A program made the translations under genes and the position numbers. A DNA stretch of 64,000 nt from the NCBI RefSeq assembly GCF_006345805.1, contig NC_043004.1, positions 6,138,001-6,202,000 on the forward strand, given 5' to 3'. This stretch comes from Octopus sinensis (Eukaryota). Under the pieces are notes generated by a model. The model was not told the DNA's origin, searched no databases, and saw only the letters and a program-made list of their open reading frames with translations. Positions 25,817 through 39,100 of this stretch are shown in pieces (position 1 is the stretch's first letter; each line of letters begins with the position of its first letter).

Positions 25817-26532
25817 CTGAAAATAGATATAAATAAATAAAATAAAATGTTTCTTACAGAAACTCATTATTTAAGGTCTGTTATCCACGCTGACATGGGT
25901 TGGATCTAGGAAGTTAACGGACTGTAATAAGTTCCAATGTCAGTTTTGGTATGGTTTCTACAGAATGCCCTTCCTAATGCCAACCAATTTACAGTGAGTA
26001 CTGGGTGCTTGTTTTCATGCAACAGTCACTAGTGAGGTTGCCAAGTAACATGCAAGACAAGAACAGAACAAGAAAAGGGATAAACCACCTTGTCTAAATG
26101 GGTGGAATATGTGAGTTTCCATCAATCAAATCCATTCATAAATCTTTAGTCAGCCCAGGGCTATAGTAGAACACACTTGCCAAAAGTACTGTGCATAGTT
26201 GGGAAGCAAGCTTCTGAACTACACAGCCTTACCAGAGCCTATAAAATCTAACATCATTGGGGTCTCCTTGCAAGGGCAGCGTGTCTTGTTAGTAAATATA
26301 AACTAGTTTACCAACATTGCCACAAAAGATTTGTTAACCAACTTTTTATATTTATAGTGGAAGAAAGCAACAGGAAACTTTTGGGGGAAAAGTTTACTAT
26401 TTCCCTTGTTTAGACTGTGATTTAAAAAAATACAAAATAAAAAACAAGCAAAATTTTTCTATATAAATTCCAGAGAGAGATGAAGGGAATACTATTTCAA
26501 TAATAACTGAAATAAACAAAGTTAATACTCAC

Positions 26533-26607
26533 TTCTTTGGCCAATTTTTGCTGTGTATCCTTGAATGCCTCAAGCTTTTTACTATAATCTAAATTTTCTA
26601 CAGAGAC
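26533..26607 (-). CDS. TRAK1: TRAK/Milton exon, phase 0-0
   Basis: cag|GTC...GAA|gtgag; 75 nt = VSVENLDYSKKLEAFKDTQQKLAKE. Confidence 0.9.
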
Positions 26608-26672
26608 CTGGAATGAGAGAAAACAAAAGAGGGAAATGAATAAATAATGTTTGTTGTCAATTTAATTATTTT

Positions 26673-27275
26673 TACTAGCAAGCTTGCTCGTTATGTTGTG
26701 TTAGAGAAACATTTATAGAACAGGTTTGCTTCTTGCAAGAGGTTGCATGAAATTAACTAATGATAACTAATCAACAAACTTTATTAATCATTTCAAATAT
26801 GTAATATGAAACTTTATTTAACTTCACTCCTTAGTTATTTCGGAAACATACAAACCTAAATCATAAAAAATATAATCATGTCACTAACCCCATATCCCCA
26901 AAATTACTGGCCTTGTGCCAACATTTTAAACCATTATTATTACTGTTATCTTAATACAATTTATTGTGATATTATCATCAGGTTGGCATGGGTGGCACAG
27001 ATGGTAACATGCTGAGCAGTAATTAATTTTATTGATAAATGACCGAGTTCAAATCCAAACAGTCAGCTTTGATATTACATTTTATCTCACGGCTAATATT
27101 TACAATATTTGGTTTAATAAGTTCTGATTGCTCCAACACATCACCTGTGTTAGTGTGTAGATACAAATATGCAATAGAAATTTATACAGGGTCAGGGGGG
27201 TGGGTCACCAAAGCCCAAGTAATAGGGGAGAGCAGAGATGACAAGGACATGACTTTTCACTTACTATATAGGATA
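26673..27275 (+). repeat. Intragenic direct duplication, copy 1 (paralogue of 39101-39722)
   Basis: Colinear similarity over about 600 bp, e.g. atatgcaatagaaatttatacagggtcagggg is identical in both copies. Confidence 0.88.
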
Positions 27276-28115
27276 TAGCATCATTGGTTTTTGTAGGGCC
27301 AATCAGTGATTTACACTGGCAAAAGATACACATACACATTTTTATCTCTGCTTTCCACACTGATATGGGTTTAATGGGATATTTTGAGGCAGGTAATGTT
27401 TTACAGCTGCATGCCTTACCTGATGCCAACCCTTTTAGTTGCCTCTTTCAACACAAAGGGGATAAGGTATACCTGTCCTGAAATAATTCTTTGATTAATT
27501 AAGGTAAAATTCTCAATCAAAAAGTGGAAATTATTGATCCTTTCACTGTCATTTTAGAATCTTAGAGTATATTTATTGCTCAGATTAAAAGAAGATTTTA
27601 AATGATTGTTTAAGGTTTGAAGATAATTGGAATCAAGCTAACAACATTGGTTGTTATAACTCTTTTAATGACTTCATGATTTAATTAAGGAGGAGGAGAG
27701 AATTATTTGATTATTCTTTCATTCTTTTACTCGTTTCAGTCACTTGACTGTGGTCATGCTGGAGCATAGTTCATTTTGACTTCCTAACCTATATGTGGTT
27801 CACTTTCTGATTGAGAGGAGCAAAAATTGCGTGGCCAATTGAAACAGTTGCAGTTTACATTCTTACTTCATTCCACTAACCCAAAGGGAATAATATTCAA
27901 AGTAAAAATTAATTACAACTATCCTCTATAATGAAGCTTTGGAAACAATAGTAAAGCAAAAGGCACAACTTTATTAAATATTAAGTTCTGAGCCAAGATT
28001 TTCCTTTTCATTTAAGGGCCAGTTATTAACCCGTTCTATTTTGTGTGTGTGTGTGTGTGTATTATGTTAGAATTAAAACAAAAACAAACTGAACAATAAA
28101 GCAAAATTTACACAC

Positions 28116-28246
28116 CTCTCTGTTTTTTCTCTGTAAATCCACAACTTGGGAAAGAAGACTCGTAATCTCTTCTTTCTGGCGTGAACTCTCTTCTGTCTTG
28201 CGGGCCAACTCATCAGAGAAGACCTCAAGCTGACTGTTGACATCGG
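28116..28246 (-). CDS. TRAK1: TRAK/Milton exon, phase 1-0
   Basis: tag|CC GAT...GAG|gtgtgt; 131 nt = (A)DVNSQLEVFSDELARKTEESSRQKEEITSLLSQVVDLQRKNRE; conserved QxEEITxLLSQxVDLQ motif. Confidence 0.95.
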
Positions 28247-29733
28247 CTACAAACATGAAAAGGAAGACAACACTCAATCAAAAGACATTTAAATACATGA
28301 TGACAATGTTATGTAAGACATTAAACAAGGAGAATGCAATAAAAAAATCCCCCTGCATTGCAGAAGCATTCATTCTGCTCCTGAAAATCTTGCTATAAAA
28401 TCAAAATCCATAGAATGTATTTTTGCATTCACTCTCATGATACATAAAATGAAAGTCAATGAAAAATAGTTTTATCAGCATCATCATCATTGTTTTAACA
28501 ATCCGCTTTTTCTTGTTCACATAGGTTGGACACAATTTTGCTGAGGCAGAATTACTCTGGCTGAATGCCCTTCCTGTTTGCCAACCCTCACCTGTTTTCA
28601 CAGACTGGAAGTGAAATATGGTGGCTGCATGACAGTGAAACTCACAACTCTCATGCAACAAACACAAACCCACACATATGACGGGCTTCTTTCAGTTTCT
28701 ATTTACAAATCCATATACAAGGCTTTGTTTAAACCAGGACTGTAACAGAAGACACTTGCCCAAGGTGCCACACAGTGAGACTGCACCTGAGACCATGTGG
28801 TTGGGATGTCTCCTTACCACACAGTCACACTTGCATAATGGAATTTGACATTATGGCAAAATTTTCAGGAACAGAATGTTTATATATGTAGGGGATGCTT
28901 TGTACCTAGTTCAACATTATTGTAATATGAATTCCAATTATCTGATATTTCAGAAGTTACACACATTACTCAACCACAAGGTACAGTTCTTGGAGGAGTG
29001 TGATGGTTTATGTGCCTCGATGATTCTGAAAGCTATTCTAACAGGGTAAAAGGTCCTGATAGGGCCTCCTGTGCTGCACAGGTCAAAGAATAGGAGGCTA
29101 GACTAACCACTTCTTCCTAGAGTTAAAAACAAATCCATATAGAGCCAGCAACCCTACCTAGAAAAAAAAACAAAGTTACAGAAGCATTGATGACAATCCA
29201 AAACCAATAAGACCGGGGAGAGGAAGGTCTCCCATCAGGGAAACATATGACACAGAGCAGCAAAATCCAAGGCAGAGGGTATCCAACTGGAGAAGTGCAA
29301 AAAAGACTGCCCAGAATCAAGAACAGTGAAAAAAAAAGTCACCTATGCCCCATGGGAAGTATAGAACTTGTATAGTATACAGGTATATAGTATAGTAGCC
29401 TGTATAGCATACAGGTTACTTGATGATATGAAGGTTGATTTTTTTTTTTTTACTCCTAAAATGCAAGATAGCTTTAATAATAATAATAAAAAAAAAGAAA
29501 ATTGAGAAAAGTTTTTATCTTTGATAAACATACTTGTTTTTAAGTTTCTGAAATTTGCATTGTAATTTTATTTAATAATTCAAGTAGTTTGTGTATCATA
29601 TTTTCAGAATGCTTGGCTTCAATAGTTTTCATGTTCTCATTGGTGTTTGTATGTAGGTGGTGGTTTCCTACCAGCTTCTGATTCAAGGGTTTTACAACTT
29701 TGCTTGTAGGTTCTTTATTGACCATAGTACCTA

Positions 29734-30064
29734 CTGTACTTGATAGCATATAAGATGTACTTTTCTACAAAAAAATAACCTCAGACCCTACATGTGAAGC
29801 TGAGGTACTTTTCTACAAAAAAATAACCTCAGGCCCTACATGTGAAGCTGAGGTACTTTTCTACAAAAAAATAACCTCAGGCCCTAAATGTGAAGCTGAG
29901 GTACTTTTTTACAAAAAAATAACCTCAGGCCCTACATGAAAAGTTGGGCTTCTAACTAAATATTACATGCTTTGAGGCACTAAAAACTTTTACTCTTGAA
30001 TATGCATTGCTGAAAATAGGGTGTGTCTAATGTACCTGTATATCTTTTATACCATCAAATACAG
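29734..30064. mobile_element. pogo/Tigger-like MITE containing a 48-bp tandem array
   Basis: TA|ctgtacttgatagcatataagatgtac ... gtatatcttttataccatcaaatacag|TA; about four 48-bp units start at 29758, 29806, 29854 and 29902. Confidence 0.8.
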
Positions 30065-30215
30065 TAAGTATCATTAGATATGTTTGCAATATGAAATTTC
30101 ATAGATTTTTCAGAAGGACAAGATTTTGATAAGTAGCAGATATCTCCTTCAAGATTTATGTGTTTATAAATTTTGTACAATATAAACATTACTGTCTCAT
30201 TATGTTGAACTGAAA

Positions 30216-30432
30216 AAGGTGGCAAGCTGGCAGGAACGTTAGCACACCGGGCGAAATGCATAGCAGTATTTCGTCTGTCTTTATGTTCTGAGTTAAAATT
30301 CTGCCAAGGTTGACTTTGCCTTTCATCCTTTCGGGGTCGATAAATTAAGTACCAGTTATGTACTAGGGTCGAACTAATTGACTGGTCCCCTCCCCAAAAA
30401 TTTTGTGCCTTGTGCCTAGAGTAGAAAAGAAT
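30216..30432 (+). mobile_element. SINE family B
   Basis: Full-length, little diverged. Confidence 0.88.
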
Positions 30433-31567
30433 ATGTTGAACTAAATTCAATTGCTCATCTGTATTCATATTCCCACTAACAAAGAAATTAATTAGTGCGG
30501 GTAAAAACGTAAGTGTGCATGTGTATACATTTATATTTTATAATATAGTGGGAAAACTAGGAAAAGAACTAATAAGACTGGCATAGTAGATTGTGACTCA
30601 TTGCATATTCATGTGCTTCTGAAGCTATTTTTGTGCCTTAAAAAGTTATAAAATCTATAATTTTGTGAATATTTTAATCCTTTCTTTCATAATGTAATCA
30701 ACATTAATGTATCTTATGCTTGTAATGAGGTAAACTGACCCCATTTCAAACATGAGTCAGAAGAATGTGATGCAATGTTTGCACAGGGATTATAGGAGGG
30801 GGAAAATAGACATTATGTGTGTGAGAGAGATTGTATGTGGAGGGGGTTGTCATAAGAAAGAGGGAGCAGAGACATATTTTCATAAAAGACAATTATGCAA
30901 TTCATTTGTCTAATCAAAACAAAAACAGAAAAATAATAAATCTAAACTTTTTTTATAAAAAAATCATAAAATTAAAAGCAACAGCCTTGAATTATTATTA
31001 AAAAAGTCTAAAAGCTACTAAAAAATAGTTTACAATCAAACAATTATTCTACTGTCATTAAATATTTGTGCACCCTAATTTAGTACACAAGTATGAATTT
31101 TAAGAACAAATGAACCTAGAGCTTTCTAAAAGCAATGATAACTGATTTTGGTGAGGAAGGAGAAATTTTAAGTACATTAATGAGTCTATTTATGTATCAT
31201 AGTTAATGTAAATATATGAAAGACTGTGATATTTGGAGATATCTTCTATGGATGCCCTGTGTTTGAAAACACAGTATGTATATATTGTAGGGAAATAGAG
31301 TTTATTCCAGCAGTGGTGAAAGTGAACAACAGATGCATTTCTGCATCAAAGGGCATCATCAATAATGTGTACTCACAGCCAGCATGTCTAAATTAGATCC
31401 ACCGCCACTGATATATACATGAAAACAGGGAATAAACAATCACTGATGCTGCAAGTAACTGCCCAACTGAATAAAAAACAGTCATATGCAACACAAACAG
31501 TATTAGATTAAAATAGGTATTTGTGTATCATACTTTATACATATATCAAATTATGAGTTATCATTAC

Positions 31568-31646
31568 CAAGCTGCTTGAGGCAATCTTGCACCAACTTCT
31601 CTTCCTTTTCTTCATAGTCCTCAGTGACTGATGCCAACTGGGAAGT
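31568..31646 (-). CDS. TRAK1: TRAK/Milton exon, phase 0-1
   Basis: cag|ACT...G|gtaat; 79 nt = TSQLASVTEDYEEKEEKLVQDCLKQL+G; TRAK-like EEKE..LV.DC motif. Confidence 0.93.
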
Positions 31647-32574
31647 CTGTAAGAGAAACCACACAAAAAACAGATTAGATTGATATGAATAACTAAAAGT
31701 AGTTTGTAAAATACTGACATAAAATTGTCAACAAATTCACGTAGTTATTACTATTAAGTTATTAACAGACATACTCATTAATATTCAATTAATATAATAT
31801 TTAATTATTAACATCATGTAAAATCCACTCAGTCCACTTCTGTAAGGTGGTTAGTGTTCAGAAGAGCATCCAGCTGTAAAAACCTTTCCAAGAGAGACAG
31901 TGGAGCCTGGTGCAGTCTTCTGCCTGGCCAGCTCCTGTCAGACTGTCTAACCAATGCCAGCATGGAAAACAAACATTAAATGATAATGATGATAATTACC
32001 ATTTAATGCCCACTTTTCCATGCTTGCATAGGTTAAACAGAATTTGTCAAGGCAATACAGCCAGATGCCCTTCCTGTTGCCTATCTTCACCAGTCTCCAA
32101 GTAATGTGATATTTTCCCAAAGGTAGACATGTTTTTCACACAACACTGGAAACAGCTTACATGATGATAATGCTCATTTACAACCATCATATAATATCTA
32201 GACAATGGTACACACACACAAACCAGGTTTCTTACAGTTTCCATCTATCAAATCCACTCATGGCTTTGGTTGACCCAGGGCTATAGTAGAAGACACTTTC
32301 CCAAGATGCCAAGCAGTGGGAGTGAAACCAAGATCATATGGTTGGGAAGCAAGCTTCTAACTACATAGACACAAAGTTATTAATACAATTTCTAATAGAT
32401 GTACTGCTATGTAAATGAGTAAAACTAGTGTCTGCATTCTTTGTAAGCTGCTTGCTCTCTCTGAAGAATGGAGATGAGCAAATACTTCTAAAGAACCGAC
32501 AACGAAAAGTCAAAGCTAGCTGAGCTGTTGCTGGATTCACATTGCAGACAGAATTCCATGGTTTAATGATAGGA

Positions 32575-32963
32575 TCTATTTATCTTTTACTGGTTTCAGT
32601 CATTGGATTGCAGTCATGCTGGGGCACTGCTTTGAAGGGTTTAGGCAAACAAATCAAACTTAGTACTTCTTCCCTTTTTAAATCTGGTAGTTATTCTATC
32701 AGTGTCCTTTGTTGAATTGCTAAGTTATGGGGGACCTAAACAAACAACACTGGTTATTAAAGGAACAAACACTGACACACAGACACACGCGCATATATAT
32801 GATGTGCTTCCACATAGTTTCTGTGTACCAAATTTACTGACAAGGCACTGGTCCGATCAGGGCTATAATAGAAGACATTTGCCTGAAGTGCCACGCAGTG
32901 GACTGAGCCCAAAACCACACGCTTGCAGAGTGAGCTTCTTAGCCACACAGCCACACCTGCACT
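32575..32963 (-). mobile_element. SINE family A
   Basis: Same head, core and tail; ends about 80 bp from the donor at 33043. Confidence 0.8.
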
Positions 32964-33042
32964 TATACACAACAAAGGTGAATGTATGTTTATTAAAGGT
33001 ACATACAAGAACTTATCCACACATCTCTGACACAGTGCTTAC

Positions 33043-33136
33043 CTCGAGTCGCAGCTGCAAGTTGTCATCCTCAAGGAGCCGAACTTTTTTCTTTAGGCTA
33101 TCGACATTGATACTGGACAGATTAAATGATTTCACC
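33043..33136 (-). CDS. TRAK1: TRAK/Milton exon, phase 2-0
   Basis: gaag|G GTG...GAG|gtaag; 94 nt = (P)VKSFNLSSINVDSLKKKVRLLEDDNLQLRLE; phases match both neighbours. Confidence 0.92.
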
Positions 33137-35939
33137 CTTCAGAGAGAAAATAAAATGAGAGGATATAAAATTTGTATTTTAAAAAATTAGAACTATACCA
33201 GTAGATAATCATGATAATATTAGTATTTTCAATTGAATGTTAAAGAAAAAAAAAAAGAAAGAAAAAACCCCAAATTAAATGTGTTAGTTTGACATTCATC
33301 CTGTAAATATTATAGTCATTAACAGAACCCACAGAAGTTCTGTAGTTATTTTGAAAAGTATAAGATTGTTAGAATCATGAAATACAAAATTTCTTTTGAA
33401 ATGGTATCTTTTCATAGGTGTTTCATTCTTAAGAGAGTGTCAAGCTCACATAGTTAGTACTGAAGATGCAGTCTTTGGAGCAAATGCCTTTGAAAACTAT
33501 ATTGTTTGTTATGAACTTCTTGCCACTTCTACCTTGAGAGTTGTTATAATCTTTACATAAAGTAAAAAAAAAAGAAAAAAATTTAACTATGGAATAAAAA
33601 AGCAGGCAGCAGACATTATCTGTGACATTATTTTGCTATTGTATGGCTATATTGGCAAAACTAAGAGATCTTAATACATTCTACTACATTCTTGGTCTCA
33701 AACCAAGAAGTGCATATGGCTGGACTTGAACCCACAGTCACCTCACTGAGCTGTGATTAAAAATATTCATCAGTCAACTGCCTTATGAATCACATAAATG
33801 AAATGTATACACTAGATTATGCCTAATTTTATTCCATAGCTAAAGCATTACATATATAGACAATAATAGCAGAAATAACAAACAAACAAAACTATAAAAA
33901 AAAATTTAATTTTTTCTAAGGCCTAACCTAAAAAAAGGTTTCTATTGCTAGGGGATTAAAAGCAATGCCTTGCATGAAGAAATCGTCAAAGAAAACTAAT
34001 CTGTAAAAGTTCTTCTAAAATCTTTGAAGAAATGTATTTGACATGACCTTATATTTATTTTGTCAGAGTACAAGATTATAAATTGTATCCTAAGTTTATA
34101 AATACAGCAGAAACAAAGAGATAGATAACATTAAGGAAAATCTGCATAAATCCAAGATAAATACTATGTGATGCTTATTAACTTCATTTTCCTTTTTAGC
34201 TGACCTTTTCTAATTGTTTCTTGTTGTTTGAAGATAAGATATTTCTAGGTTCTAAATACCCAACACATGATGTGGAAAAATAAATGTAAAAATATGAATA
34301 ATAATGATTTTCTTTTGAGGAATACTAGGCCAATAATTAGGAGGGACGGGGCACAACTGGTTACATTAACATGAGTGTATAATTAGTACTTACTGGTTCC
34401 AGGAAAAAGCTGAAGTTCATTCAGGTAGGATTCAGAATATAAGATGAAGCCAAACATAGTAAGGCTTTTTTACTACCATTTTTTATTAATAATATTAATG
34501 ATATTTAATGTTAAACAGTAGTTCAAAGAGTCTAAGGATGCTTCACACAGCATAAAGATATAAAGATGGTATCTTAGTTTTGAGCAATACTATTTGTTAT
34601 ATAGCCTATGTAAGACCTGCTCAAACAGACCCATGGCACATAGAAAACTATTTAGGAACAACTCACAGACCCAGCACTCCAGATATACCCTATCTGCATT
34701 TTTGTGTCAAGCATGTTGATCTGTGCGGATAGCATTAACTTTTCTAACATTCAGAGTTCTTATCAGGACTGTTCCATCACCTTTGGATACACTGGCACAA
34801 AATTAAGCTTTTTGGTTGCTTAATGTAATTCTAAGGACACAGACAAAAAAAAATTCTAGTTGAACATCAATGGTGAATGATATATTTATAGGTCATACTG
34901 TGAGATAGAGAGAAATAATGATGTTAATTATAAAATGTCTTGATGCACAACATGTATATTAAGATATATATTGTGATACATCTTCTATCTTTTGTTTTCT
35001 ATTTTCACTTCTGCCTCTATTTTAGATTTCTCATACCAATTTGAATTTAATGTTTTTGGAAGTTGTTTCTGAATGTTAGATATTAGGTAGTTGATTAAAT
35101 GGATAATTAGTATGATTAAACACAAATCAATTGAATATATATACGCACGAGGGAGTGCATACTAAGGTGAGATACAAACCCATAAAAGTTTAACTAGGTA
35201 GAAAGGGAAGACATATTGTTAATGTACAATGAAGTTATGAGTAAAGAACTGTTATGATACACAACTTGAAAAGACAATGATAGATGAAGATGAGGCTTTA
35301 GTTAGGGGAAAAAAAGTATGTTAAGTACAATGAGATGTTATAAACACAAGTAAAATACTCTGTATTTTTGAGATTGCCTAGGTCAGTGTAAATAGGGAAA
35401 TACTAGTACATATTAGGATCATCAAAATAGGCAAAGTCAGAGAAGCATTGATGCTGTCTCCTTAATTGGTAGCAGCCATCTTATAAGTTACTGAAGCTGT
35501 CTCTAGCAAAGGAAAACTATGTGAATGGGTGCTGTACCTGCTGTCGGCTCCAGATGAGGATGGCTGTTGCTGTGTTCTAAAAAACGAAAAGGTAATGAAA
35601 AAGGTAGAAAAATACTGTCAAGACAACACTGCGGCACAATGGAGACAGATACACACAAAACTGTGGGTCCCAATATATTTTTCATATCTCTGTGAGAACC
35701 CCTTTTGGCTTCTTAAGGGTTTTGGTAACTTTTCTAGAAACTGAAAACCTTATTTGACCTCAATTATTAAATTAAATTGAGAAAATACAGTTTACAGACA
35801 TTGCCACCACTAATAAAACATAGTTTTATAAACCTAAGACTCCAGGGACCTCTAATGGGCAGTCCTACCTCACATCTTTTTTACTTGTTGGTTCTGGAGA
35901 AGAGGCAGTGCTCACAGCTTCTACATGCTTCCCCCAGAA

Positions 35940-36560
35940 TAGTGGAATTGATATTCTTCTTGAATGGTGAAATTAATATTTTTCTTGAACTTTTGTAAGA
36001 CATCTGATAGGGACATTCAGAAAATCCCAGAGGGCCTACATTATCAGAAGGAAGGGCAGCTTGTAATGATTAGCATGTGGCATGGTAGGAGAAGTGATAT
36101 AAAAAGGGTGATGAGCAAAGGAGAGACGAATAGCATGGGAACACCTGATTATAGGTGGCATGAACCCAGCCAGCTCCAAGGAATAGAGAAATGCCATTAT
36201 AGCAGATATAGAAAAGTCAGAGTGGGAAGAAATAGAGCACCTTTAGACAAGGGGCTGGAGCATGTCTGTAAGTAACTTTTATGCCAATCAGTCAGGTGGC
36301 CTTTTCTGGACATGGTCTAAGATGTGTGTGGGAATCCACAGCAGTAGCACTGTCCCACTTGTGAGAGAAATACTCCATTCTGGACCTCAACTGAGTTTTG
36401 TAGAATATCAATAATTGTTTGGAGTTTAAGTATCTTCTGGCCCTAAAGAGAAGTGCTAATCTTTGAGATGTAGCCCTGGCTACATCGAAGACCTGCTTTT
36501 GCCAGAAGATACTCCAAGTAATAGTGAAACCCAACAGTGAAACCCTATTTCAAGGGCACT
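35940..36560 (-). mobile_element. Old degraded LINE RT C-terminal relic (CR1/L2/Jockey-like)
   Basis: LGFTITWSIFWQKQVFDVARATSQRLALLFRARRYLNSKQLLIFYKTQLRSRMEYFSHKWD matches the post-RT region of LINEs; several frameshifts and stops follow; limits approximate. Confidence 0.6.
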
Positions 36561-36954
36561 GGCTGAGTCATGCACTGAGAATTGTCAAACAAGAATGACT
36601 ACAGAAGACTATAAAAATATAGGATTTACATAAGATCCTTATCTCCCTACATAATCTATTTCTCATTAGCTGTGCTATCATAGATAGCACACAGCCAATG
36701 AGAAAATGCTAAAACAGAAGGTAAATTATCATAGAAAATTCCAGCAGTTTTTCATATATCAAGTAGTTACATGGGTTGTGATCACCTACCAGTTTAACAA
36801 CTGATAAAGATTCCTAATCAGCTTATTGGAATTTTTTCTAATCATACCCCCATCATAAAAGAAACAAACATTATTTATTTATTCACCAATCTTATGTATG
36901 TTATGTACACTCCTATTCTTGCAACTCTGACCTGTTTATTACCATTTATCATTG

Positions 36955-37078
36955 AGAGCAACTTTGCCTCTCATCCTTTTAGGGCTGATAAAAGAAGTGC
37001 CAGCCGAACACTGGAGTCGATATAATTGACTTACCCTCTCACCCAAACTTGCTGGCCTTGTGCCACAATTTAAAAGCA

Positions 37079-37126
<48 letters not shown>

Positions 37127-37595
37127 GTGGTGAGCTGGCAGAATTGTTATCACGCTGGGCGAAATGCTTAGCAGTATTGAGCCTGCTGCTACGTTCTGAG
37201 TTCAAATTCTACCAAGGTTGACTTTGCCTTTCATGCATTCGGGGTTGATAAATTAAGTACCAGTTGCATACTGGGATTGATGTAATTGACTTAATCCCTT
37301 CCTCCAAATTCGAGGCCATGTGCTTCCAGAAGAAAGAATTATCATTATTATTATTATTATTATTATTATTAAAGCAGCAACTGGCAGAATTGTTAGCATG
37401 CCAGACGAAATACTAGCAGTATTTTGTCTACTGCTACATTCTGAGTTCAAATCCCATCAAGGTTGACTTTGCCTTTCATCCTTTTGGGTTGATAAATTAA
37501 GTACCAGTGAAACACTAGGGTCAATGTAATCGATTATCACATCCCCTCAAATTTCAGGCCTCATGCCTATAGTAGAAAGGGTTATTATTATTATC
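36955..37595 (+). mobile_element. Three head-to-tail family B SINEs separated by (ATT)n tails
   Basis: Partial copy 36955-37125; full copies about 37126-37370 and 37372-37595. Confidence 0.85.
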
Positions 37596-38329
37596 TTTTT
37601 TAGTTACTATCTACAATCACAAGAATGTATCTGTAACAGAATGAGTTCCTACAGAAAGCAGGGGATAGAGCAAGATTTTACATTCAACAGAGAGCATTAA
37701 GGAAATACAAGGTTAGAAAAACAAGTTGTTCTGTGCAGATAATTCCAAATAGCTGGTGCAGAAACGAAACAGTGCAACTGACAGCTGAAGTGAATCTCAA
37801 GAACAGAAGACCACTTATAAAATCTGATAAATGAAGGTTTCTGTCTTATGAAACAATTTTCTTTTTTTTTTGAAATTCTATATTTCATAATCCAAAATAA
37901 ATAAGAAAGTGCAGGATGGTGGTGGGTAGGTAGATAAAACTACCTTGAATACAGGGGAAAAGAAAATCCAAAACATGGGCACATTTTACTCTAAATGATC
38001 CAGAAGGAAAAGATTATGAATTTACATTAAAATTCTGGAAACAGATTGTTCTTGCACAGTTGCAAGTGAGATATTTCTTTGTCCAAGGTTACGACATTAA
38101 TAATATGTAGCTAGAGTTGAGAAACTTGACATCTCTGCATAGTGTCTTTATAATTTTAACTCTGTCTTTATCAACAGGAAACTGGGTATGGACTATGGCT
38201 GAACTTTTCTCTGTTTCTTATAACCTCTATTCTCAAAACTTATCTCTGTACATTATACTGGCAGAGAGAAGAAATTGTTGAAAACTTCATTATTAATTCT
38301 ACAAATACTAAAAGGAAAAAATGTTTTAA

Positions 38330-38549
38330 CTCTGTTTTCATACTTCTGTTGAAATACACTTTATTGCAGTTAATTTTGAAAATAATGAAGAATTTAGTAA
38401 ATTAGCTTTCTCATTATTAGGTTGATGTTTGGAACAGAATTTGACATGAAATTTTTATGGCAAGTTTTAATTTTTAATTTAGATAATTTAAATACAGAAA
38501 GTTTGCATCACAGAATCAGTGAGGCTCTCAGTTAGGTTGATATCAAAAA
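38330..38549. mobile_element. piggyBac-type MITE related to 1170-1389, opposite orientation
   Basis: TTAA at 38326-38329 and 38550-38553; internal gaatttagtaaa...gatgtttggaacagaattt is similar to the reverse complement of the 1170 copy. Confidence 0.55.
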
Positions 38550-38739
38550 GATTAAATAAAACTAACCAAATATTAATCCATTTAAGACTATGACTTATTC
38601 AAAACAAATTAAGTCATTTATGAATTTTTTTTTTTTTTTGCAAATGAATAAATCAATATGGTTGATATAAAGGAACATTCTAGCTTACTGTAAATATTTT
38701 CACTTCAACAAAATGTTCTTTCAATGTTTCATTTGCCAA

Positions 38740-38920
38740 AGGCTGCAAATTGGCAGAATCATGAGCCAGGCAAAATTCTGCCGCGATCAACATTGCTTTT
38801 CATCCTTTCAGGATCAATAAAATAAGTACCAGTTAAGCAAGGGGCAGCAGGTGGCAATGTAATTGACTTAGCCCCTCCCTTGAAATTGCTGGCCTTGTAC
38901 CAAAATTTGAAATCAATATT
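38740..38920 (+). mobile_element. SINE family B, deleted copy
   Basis: ggctgcaaattggcagaatc...aagtaccagt...ggccttgtaccaaaatttgaa. Confidence 0.7.
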
Positions 38921-39100
38921 TCATTTGCCAATCTAGGACTTCTTCCATCTCAGTGAATTGTTTGCCATAAAAACCGTTTTCTATTCCATTTTTTTTTCTT
39001 CTGGAGATTTGTCAGTAAAGATGTACAAAGAAGTATTAAAAATAAAAATAGTCACACTTGAAGGTGTGTAAAGCAGTTATCAAGCTTGATTTAGTAAATA

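Noticed and set aside
29757-29940. Hairpin-containing direct repeats resembling a CRISPR array
   Set aside because: The units are contiguous with no unique spacers, lie inside a MITE in eukaryotic DNA, and no cas genes are present.
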